Shown in pieces: positions 1 through 4,701 of a DNA stretch of 4,701 bases. Numbering within the stretch: position 1 is the stretch's first letter; each line of letters starts with the position of its first letter. The stretch is from the IMG/VR virus record IMGVR_UViG_2663763286_000019; one strand, given 5' to 3'. The stretch comes from a virus. Lineage: Duplodnaviria > Heunggongvirae > Uroviricota > Caudoviricetes. The notes beneath the pieces are model-generated. The model did not search any database. It was not told where the DNA came from and saw only the letters and a list, made by a program, of their open reading frames with translations. Position numbers and translations under genes: made by a program.

Positions 1-296
1 TTAACCAGTGGCCGGCACTGACGTACTATGCGAACGATGGCTGGGTGGAAATCGACAACAACATCGCTGAAAATGCCCTGCGGGCGGTCAGTCTGGGTCG
101 TAAAAACTTCCTGTTCTTCGGCTCTGATCATGGTGGTGAGCGGGGAGCGCTACTGTACAGCCTGATCGGGACGTGCAAACTGAATGACGTGGATCCAGAA
201 AGCTACCTTCGCCATGTGCTTGGCGTCATAGCAGACTGGCCGGTCAACCGGGTCAGCGAACTGCTTCCGTGGCGCATAGCACTGCCAGCTGAATAA
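1..296 (+). CDS. IS66-family transposase (TnpC-like), C-terminal fragment; 5' end lies upstream of the window
   Basis: Reading frame is open from the window edge (codons from position 3: [14 protein letters not shown]...) to TAA at 294-296. Translation ...[75 protein letters not shown]... matches, from memory, the conserved C-terminal region of IS66-family transposases. Not confirmed by search. Confidence 0.8.
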   Translation, partial: NQWPALTYYANDGWVEIDNNIAENALRAVSLGRKNFLFFGSDHGGERGALLYSLIGTCKLNDVDPESYLRHVLGVIADWPVNRVSELLPWRIALPAE

Positions 297-333
297 CACA
301 TCCCCGTCAATACGGCCCTCGCTGTACGCTTAC
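1..333 (+). mobile_element. Right-hand end of an IS66-family insertion sequence (partial element)
   Basis: Transposase stop at 296 is followed 37 bp later by ...GTACGCTTAC (324-333), whose reverse complement begins GTAAGCG, the terminal sequence typical of IS66-family inverted repeats. The boundary at 333 is inferred; the other end and target-site duplication are outside the window. Confidence 0.55.
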
Positions 334-435
334 TATTTATCAGGATTTATCGGTTTCTGAACCCTGGATATGTTTATCTGTCCCGGCCTGTTGAATCAGG
401 CGGGGAAAAGGTAAAGACAATCAAGAGGATTATTT

Positions 436-708
436 ATGGACAATAACACCATTTCTCTACAGGAGTTGCTCGACTGCATTTCAAAGCTTCGGGATGATGT
501 AAATGCCCTCACTGTTGCATTTTCATATTTGGCCTTATCAATTCCCAGAGAACAAATGCAACCAACACTGGCATCGCTCCTGCTTGAATCACGCAACCCC
601 AAATGGTCCCAGGAACAACAAAATTCTTTCAAGTGGCTGGCGGCATTACTGGAAGAAAAATATGCTGGTAAAATTACCATTTCGGTGGAGTCTTCAGAGA
701 ATCAGTAA
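436..708 (+). CDS. Hypothetical protein, 90 aa, predicted mostly helical; function unknown
   Basis: ATG at 436 preceded by AAGAGGA with about 6-nt spacing. No recognisable motif in MDNNTISLQELLDCISKLRDDVNALTVAFSYLALS... . Its 3' end overlaps the convergent 674-1018 gene by 35 bp, so one of the two ends may be miscalled. Confidence 0.4.
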   Translation: MDNNTISLQELLDCISKLRDDVNALTVAFSYLALSIPREQMQPTLASLLLESRNPKWSQEQQNSFKWLAALLEEKYAGKITISVESSENQ

Positions 709-1018
709 TTCTTCCTGGTAGCTTTCCTTTGTAGGTTATCCACACATTCTGCGCCTCTAAAATTACGGGGCGCTTTTCCGGCGACTGCTCATCCCCTTCA
801 CATAACCCGGCTGCAACTTCCAGGAAGACCTGTCTGATGCTCCTTCTGGCTGCTGCCTCATAAAACTCCAGCGCGGCACCTTCAACACGGTCCAGCGAGA
901 TGTCCAGGTCAAAAATTTCACCGTCAAAGCGTTTTTTGTCCCTTAATGCTACAGTTACCGCAACTTTATTCTCAAAATTGCGGATCCCTTTCACAATCAG
1001 TTCATAGTTTTGTGTCAT
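674..1018 (-). CDS. DUF1327/YdfR-like prophage protein (114 aa from the ATG at 1018)
   Basis: The ORF track gives 674-1039, but the internal ATG at 1018-1016 has a GGGGAGAG Shine-Dalgarno about 8 nt upstream and lies 4 nt after the holin stop, so I call 1018 as the start. Size (about 115 aa) and position directly after the holin match the YdfR/DUF1327 slot of Qin-type prophages. Assignment is by context, not sequence recall. Confidence 0.55.
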   Translation of the reverse strand: MTQNYELIVKGIRNFENKVAVTVALRDKKRFDGEIFDLDISLDRVEGAALEFYEAAARRSIRQVFLEVAAGLCEGDEQSPEKRPVILEAQNVWITYKGKLPGRITDSLKTPPKW

Positions 1019-1022
1019 TGAA

Positions 1023-1238
1023 TTACTCTCCCCGTGCAACCTTACGCTTGTCTTCTTTAATCTTGAAATAAAGGTTTGTCAGGTACGTCAGCAAGCCAAA
1101 TACCAGACTACCCAGCACACCGATTGCAGCCCACTGTGACGGAGTTACTTTATCGAGTAACTGCAATGCCCAGAAACCAGCATTACCAGCCGATGTGCCA
1201 TAGGCGATACCTGTTGTTAACTTATCCATTGATTTCAT
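1023..1238 (-). CDS. essQ: Class II holin (phage 21 S-type pinholin) with dual-start motif
   Basis: 71 aa, [71 protein letters not shown], closely resembling the phage 21 S / EssD / EssQ pinholin as I recall it. Met1-Lys-Ser-Met4 dual start (antiholin/holin), two hydrophobic segments, charged C-terminus. SD GGGGTGAGGA upstream of the ATG at 1238. Confidence 0.85.
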   Translation of the reverse strand: MKSMDKLTTGIAYGTSAGNAGFWALQLLDKVTPSQWAAIGVLGSLVFGLLTYLTNLYFKIKEDKRKVARGE

Positions 1239-1456
1239 ATCCTCACCCCGATGTACACAGATGGTGCAATATGTTTGAAAAGATCGGAGTCTATGGGGTA
1301 GTTTTTATAGCAAACGTTGTTCTCAACGGCTCTAAAAAACAGACACATTAAAAATGTGGGTAATTATTTTAAAAGAAAATCATATATTAAATAATAATAC
1401 GAGATATGTTTTCATATTTAGTGTACTGTATACGGCCATTTATACAGGAAAAGCCT

Positions 1457-1627
1457 ATGTCAGAACGTAAAGACTCAAAATCACGCCGTAATTATCTCGT
1501 TAAATGTTCCTGCCCAAACTGCACCCAAGAGTCAGAACACAGTTTTTCAAGAGTACAAAAAGGTGCCCTTTTGATCTGCCCTCATTGCAACAAAGTATTC
1601 CAGACAAATCTTAAAGCTGTAGCTTGA
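1457..1627 (+). CDS. ynfU: Small zinc-ribbon protein, 56 aa (CxCPxC ... CPHC), YnfU-like
   Basis: The ORF track starts at 1406, but the internal ATG at 1457 has AGGAAAAG 7 nt upstream. Product MSERKDSKSRRNYLVKCSCPNCTQESEHSFSRVQKGALLICPHCNKVFQTNLKAVA has two Cys pairs about 18 residues apart. The gene symbol rests on my recollection of a 56-aa putative zinc-binding protein at this position in Qin and is unverified. Confidence 0.5.
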   Translation: MSERKDSKSRRNYLVKCSCPNCTQESEHSFSRVQKGALLICPHCNKVFQTNLKAVA

Positions 1628-1686
1628 TTGATTTTATTCGTAACAAGTATTTTTTATATTTTAATAACATATTTAAAGCAGATAAT

Positions 1687-1709
1687 AAAAAACCCGCCTG
1701 AGCGGGTTT
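1687..1709. terminator. Intrinsic terminator hairpin, stronger on the minus strand (ends the cspB transcript)
   Basis: Stem CCCGC (1693-1697) / GCGGG (1702-1706), loop CTGA, flanked by A6 upstream and TTT downstream. On the minus strand the stem is followed by TTTTTTATTAT. It lies about 280 nt past the cspB stop. Confidence 0.6.
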
Positions 1710-1990
1710 AATATTGTGGTACTTTTTGTGGGAGTCATCCACTTACGCACTTTGTTTTGCTATGCCAGCAGTTAGCTTCTGCTGTAAAACTATTCATGCA
1801 GCAAACCTGCACTTCACCACAATGGTTAGCATACTTTTCCTGATTAAGTTATTGCCAAATATGCTGGCCATTGTTTCATGTATTGGACCTCCTTACTCTT
1901 TATTAAAGAGATCCAATATTCACCACTCTGTCTGTATCTCCACTCAGGCATCAGCCTTCTTCGTTATCGTATACAGACAAACTATGAATT

Positions 1991-2206
1991 TTAATCAGTA
2001 ATTATGACATTTGCTGCTGCAGGACCTTTAGCACCACTCTCTACAGAGAAGGTAACCTTTTGACCTTCAAATAAGGTTCGATAATTATCATTCTGAATCG
2101 CAGAAAAATGCACAAACACATCTTTACTACCATCAACAGGAGAAATAAAGCCAAAACCTTTATCAGCGTTAAACCATTTTACTAAACCAGTCATTTTATT
2201 TGACAT
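1991..2206 (-). CDS. cspB: Cold-shock protein CspB (CspA family, 71 aa)
   Basis: [71 protein letters not shown] carries the cold-shock domain RNP1/RNP2 motifs (KGFGFI, VFVHF). AAGGAA SD upstream of the ATG at 2206. The paralog call (cspB rather than cspA/G/I) relies on the C-terminus ...NVIITD and the prophage context. Confidence 0.85.
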   Translation of the reverse strand: MSNKMTGLVKWFNADKGFGFISPVDGSKDVFVHFSAIQNDNYRTLFEGQKVTFSVESGAKGPAAANVIITD

Positions 2207-2366
2207 TCTACATTCCTTAACTTGAGCCTTTCGGCATAAATGGCTTGTATAACAGAAACGACTTCGTACTTAATTGGAGAGACTCAAAGAAGGAATAAGT
2301 GAATAACACCTGAAATGAGAACTGCTTTAGTAAACTACTTCGTATATCGTCTGTTCTTCAAACCGA
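2207..2366 (-). promoter_or_regulatory. cspB long 5' UTR (about 160 nt) with cold-box-like element near its 5' end
   Basis: Minus-strand sequence GGTTTGAAGAACAGACG (2364-2348) resembles the cspA cold box (GGUUUGACGUACAGAC), and GCCGAAAGGC plus UUAAGGAAUG near the start codon resemble the cspA leader. Transcription start inferred at about 2366 by analogy with cspA. Confidence 0.55.
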
Positions 2367-2372
2367 CGCAAT

Positions 2373-2402
2373 CATTAACGCATAGTTGAACATATGAAGC
2401 AA
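2373..2402 (-). promoter_or_regulatory. Probable sigma70 promoter of cspB
   Basis: Minus strand: -35 TTGCTT (2402-2397), 17-bp spacer, -10 GTTAAT (2379-2374), mirroring the cspA promoter (TTGCAT / CTTAAT); AT-rich tract upstream. Positions are by analogy. Confidence 0.4.
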
Positions 2403-2506
2403 TGTTTATTTTAGACATCCAGCCATCTTCAACCCCATCAAAAAACTATAGCTTTCTTCAGGAACGTGTGTATAGTGCGCCAAGTTATCAGTATTAAGGA
2501 ATTTTT

Positions 2507-2719
2507 TTGTCCCGTAAAATGACAGGAATTCTCAAAACCTTTGACGGCAAAAGCGGCAAAGGTCTTATAACCCCATCCGATGGTCGTATCGATGTCCAGC
2601 TTCATGTTTCAGCGCTCAATCTCCGCGATGCAGAAGAAATTACCACCGGATTACGCGTGGAATTTTGCCGGATAAATGGTCTGCGTGGACCATCAGCTGC
2701 CAATGTTTACCTTTCATGA
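2507..2719 (+). CDS. cspF: CspF/CspH-type cold-shock-like protein (70 aa), non-canonical CspA paralog
   Basis: [70 protein letters not shown]. Apparent TTG start at 2507 with AAGGAA 5 nt upstream. Called cspF rather than cspH because it is divergent from cspB and sits between Q and the holin. Confidence 0.75.
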   Translation: MSRKMTGILKTFDGKSGKGLITPSDGRIDVQLHVSALNLRDAEEITTGLRVEFCRINGLRGPSAANVYLS

Positions 2720-2773
2720 GCTATATTAAAGCTTTAACTTCAAGCCCCATCGAATCAAACATGGAGAGTTTTC

Positions 2774-2863
2774 ATGAATAAACCCGTCTGTCTTGATGAC
2801 TGGTTGATTGGCTTTAAAAGCTTATGCTGTACTTTGACCTTAATAGCTCTGCTAATAATGTAA
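2774..2863 (+). CDS. Candidate small hydrophobic protein, 29 aa ([29 protein letters not shown])
   Basis: ATG at 2774 with GGAG (2763-2766) 7 nt upstream, TAA at 2861-2863, 55 nt downstream of the cspF stop. The C-terminal about 20 residues are hydrophobic and could form one transmembrane helix. Short ORFs are frequent by chance in AT-rich DNA. Confidence 0.3.
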   Translation: MNKPVCLDDWLIGFKSLCCTLTLIALLIM

Positions 2864-3011
2864 TAAGCAGACTCATTGTATCTATGGACATTGTACTGGA
2901 AGAAAGCATTTTAAACATCAGGCAAAAAACAAAGTCACCCGATAAATAATAAGTAAACTAACATGAATCCCGTAATGAGATTCAACATCTCTATTACCCT
3001 ATTTAAAGCAC

Positions 3012-3037
3012 AAAAACCCGCTCATCAGCGGGTTTTC
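3012..3037. terminator. Bidirectional intrinsic terminator: tR'-like on the minus strand after the late promoter, cspF terminator on the plus strand
   Basis: Stem CCCGC (3017-3021) / GCGGG (3028-3032), loop TCATCA, with A5 and T4 flanks extending the stem. The plus strand continues TTTTCTACTTTTTCTT; the minus strand continues TTTTTGTGCTTT. Confidence 0.65.
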
Positions 3038-3069
3038 TACTTTTTCTTAACTTCGGGTATACAAAGCCC

Positions 3070-3110
3070 ATCGTTGAAAAAATTTTATCCATATTTTTTG
3101 AAAAATGCAA
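3070..3110 (-). promoter_or_regulatory. Late promoter (pR'-like) with lambda-type AACGAT element in the initially transcribed region
   Basis: Minus strand: -35 TTGCAT (3110-3105), 17-bp spacer, -10 TAAAAT (3087-3082), then TTTTTTC and AACGATGGG (3075-3067). As I recall, AACGAT is the -10-like pause-inducing element at the start of the lambda pR' transcript where Q engages. Located 32 bp downstream of the Q stop. Confidence 0.5.
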
Positions 3111-3141
3111 GCATCACGTCGCCATCTTCGGCGAAAATCAC

Positions 3142-3894
3142 TTATCTCGTCACCTTTCTCAATTGTGCTTCAGCGTAAGATTCCTCCTGCCAGCACTTTG
3201 TAACCAGTTTATCAATGACATTTGCATATCCTTTATACCACTGATAATCACTCAGGTCCGGTACCAGCTTCTGGACATGATGCCGCGCCAGTGTGGTTGG
3301 TAAACGACTAAACCGTTTTCCATTGCAACGCCCACAAATCTTATAAACAGGTGTGCCATGAAGCCGGGTCCTTTTTTCATCCAAGACAATACCTTTACCC
3401 TTACACCCTCTGCACGCTGTGCTGACTTCTCCCTTACCATGGCAATGCTGACATAGTTCCTTCACCCACTCTTCTTTGATAACAGATTCCCCGCTTCTGG
3501 AGTGTTTCACCACTTCGCGCAATACATTATGAAATCCAGTACCAGCACAATGCTCACAACGAGCCTTACTTGCCGCAGACCTGGAATAATCAGCAAAGGC
3601 AAAATTCACAAGGTAAGGAATAATCTGTAGCCGGGTTTCTTCACTCAATTTATTCAATGTCGGGTTATCCAGTGCCATCGCGTAATTGAGCAGACCTTCA
3701 ATCGCAAACTGAGGATCCTGAACACCAACTTTTGCCAGGAATAAGGCAAACCCAAGCGGTGCTTTCGACTGCACCATCCCCTGCGTAGCCATCACATCCG
3801 TAATCGTTAAACCACCAGAGCCTGTCGCCGGTGCGTCATCACTCAATTTTGGAGATTTTGGGGAGTAATATTTTGGTAAGGCTTCAAGGTTCAT
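3142..3894 (-). CDS. quuQ: Late-gene antitermination protein Q homolog (250 aa)
   Basis: 250-aa ORF immediately upstream of the pR'/tR'-like module and downstream of a DUF968 gene, matching the size and position of Qin QuuQ. GGAG SD 7 nt upstream of the ATG at 3894. Contains four CxxCxGxG-type repeats (CEHCAGTG, CQHCHGKG, CRGCKGKG, CGRCNGKR). Confidence 0.75.
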   Translation of the reverse strand: MNLEALPKYYSPKSPKLSDDAPATGSGGLTITDVMATQGMVQSKAPLGFALFLAKVGVQDPQFAIEGLLNYAMALDNPTLNKLSEETRLQIIPYLVNFAFADYSRSAASKARCEHCAGTGFHNVLREVVKHSRSGESVIKEEWVKELCQHCHGKGEVSTACRGCKGKGIVLDEKRTRLHGTPVYKICGRCNGKRFSRLPTTLARHHVQKLVPDLSDYQWYKGYANVIDKLVTKCWQEESYAEAQLRKVTR

Positions 3895-3907
3895 GCTCGT
3901 TCTCCAC

Positions 3908-4701
3908 TTACGCCAGTACGCCTATTGCCAGCGCACGATCGATAAAACGAAATATCAGCTCCAGCTGGGAGCCATACTTCTCTTCAAATGCCACGGTATC
4001 CGCATGCAGCTCGTCGTGATGCTTTCTGCACAAAGGCAACACAAAGAGGTCATGCGCTTTTGTAGCCATTCCACCCTGACCGTGACCTATCAGGTGGTGG
4101 GGATCATCAGCAGGCTTTCCACAACATGCGCACGGCTGCGTCTTAACCCAGCGCGTGTACTTTTCATTAACCCAGCGGTGACGTTTTGGGCGTAACATAA
4201 AAGACTCCGGCGACTCCGGATCCACTTTCAGCGCCAGCACCTTTTTCGCCTTATCCTGGATGATGCTGGTGGCAGGAACCGAAGGCACAAGGTCACTTTC
4301 CCGGGTAACAGACGGCACAACAGGCTTCGGTAATCTCAGTGCCTTACGGGCTGCACTTTCCGGTAAGGCATCCGCCAGATCATTACGAATCAGCCACCAG
4401 CACAGTTCCGGCATTGTCACAACATGACTGTCATCAAAACCGAGATCCCGACGCACAACAGACAACACCCAGCGGGCACAGTTATCCGTTGCCATTGATT
4501 CCAGCCGTTCCGTGAACTGATCGCGCAGCTGGTTATCGCAGTGCCAGCACAGACGGATTGCGCCCGGAGCGTGTCGCATTGTTGTCATGTTCTCGCTGTG
4601 CCAGTCGGAATGAGGCCACTGGCAGCCTTTTTCACGAAGTAACCAGCTTTCAAGACATTCCACGCCACCAGCACGACGGATCACTGCCTCATTGCGGAAC
4701 A
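3908..4701 (-). CDS. ydfU: YdfU-like DUF968 protein, C-terminal about 260 aa; N-terminus beyond the window
   Basis: The frame stays open to the window edge (...FRNEAVIRRAGG...), so the M at 4684 in the ORF track is a GTG codon, not the true start. Cys/His-rich C-terminal region (CACCGKPADDPHH ... CRKHHDELH). Stop TAA at 3908-3910 is 13 nt before the Q start, so the pair is probably co-transcribed. Identification is by context and size as recalled for Qin. Confidence 0.7.
   Translation of the reverse strand, partial: FRNEAVIRRAGGVECLESWLLREKGCQWPHSDWHSENMTTMRHAPGAIRLCWHCDNQLRDQFTERLESMATDNCARWVLSVVRRDLGFDDSHVVTMPELCWWLIRNDLADALPESAARKALRLPKPVVPSVTRESDLVPSVPATSIIQDKAKKVLALKVDPESPESFMLRPKRHRWVNEKYTRWVKTQPCACCGKPADDPHHLIGHGQGGMATKAHDLFVLPLCRKHHDELHADTVAFEEKYGSQLELIFRFIDRALAIGVLA

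Noticed and set aside
396-680. 94-aa ORF on the minus strand
   Set aside because: Antisense to and almost fully overlapping the better-supported 436-708 ORF; no Shine-Dalgarno upstream of its start; Cys/Ser-rich, low-plausibility translation.
503-721. 72-aa ORF on the plus strand
   Set aside because: Alternative frame nested inside 436-708, with no ribosome-binding site and an implausible W/H/R-rich composition.
1076-1351. 91-aa ORF on the plus strand
   Set aside because: Lies antisense across the well-supported holin gene and its upstream region; no SD; likely a chance frame.
1714-2001. 95-aa ORF on the plus strand
   Set aside because: Begins with TTG directly at the terminator hairpin, has no SD, and covers what is better explained as the cspB 3' region on the other strand.
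2440-2480. Possible cspF promoter (-10 TATAGT at 2471-2476)
   Set aside because: Good -10 hexamer but no convincing -35 at 16-18 bp spacing; in AT-rich DNA this is too weak to annotate as a feature.
2963-3178. 71-aa ORF on the plus strand
   Set aside because: Reads straight through the strong hairpin terminator and the late promoter region and into the end of the Q gene; no SD.
3252-4195. Three ORFs (3252-3440 minus, 3831-4019 plus, 3893-4195 plus) inside or antisense to the Q and YdfU-like genes
   Set aside because: Nested within or opposite much longer, context-supported genes; no independent initiation signals.
4265-4672. Two Chi octamers (GCTGGTGG at 4265-4272 on plus; CCACCAGC at 4665-4672, i.e. 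Chi on minus) inside the YdfU-like gene
   Set aside because: Chi is frequent in enterobacterial genomes (roughly one per few kb), so two in a GC-rich gene is within expectation and not evidence of a special recombination feature.
1-4701. Search for CRISPR arrays, tRNA/rRNA genes and integrase/att sites
   Set aside because: No spaced direct-repeat array, no cloverleaf-compatible tRNA-like segment and no integrase reading frame are visible; the window is internal to the prophage.

Overview
This window reads as the late-control/lysis region of a Qin-type lambdoid prophage from an Escherichia/Shigella-like genome, truncated on its left by an IS66-family insertion sequence. All identifications are from reading the sequence and recalled protein families; no database search was run. 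Right to left (the direction of phage late transcription, minus strand): a DUF968 YdfU-like gene (partial, 3908-4701), a 250-aa antiterminator Q homolog (3142-3894), a compact late promoter plus hairpin terminator (3110-3012), an AT-rich moron block holding divergent cold-shock paralogs cspF (+) and cspB (-) and a 56-aa zinc-ribbon ORF (+), then a phage-21-type pinholin (1023-1238) and a DUF1327/YdfR-like gene (674-1018). Where an endolysin and spanin would be expected there is instead an unrecognised 90-aa ORF on the opposite strand (436-708), followed by the right end of an IS66-family element (1-333). I see no evidence for a large new multi-gene system; most of the window is ordinary cryptic-prophage content. 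The points most worth a second look are the orphan 90-aa ORF at the IS66 junction, two small ORFs with good ribosome-binding sites in the long csp 3' regions, and the inverted hairpin pair bracketing the csp module.
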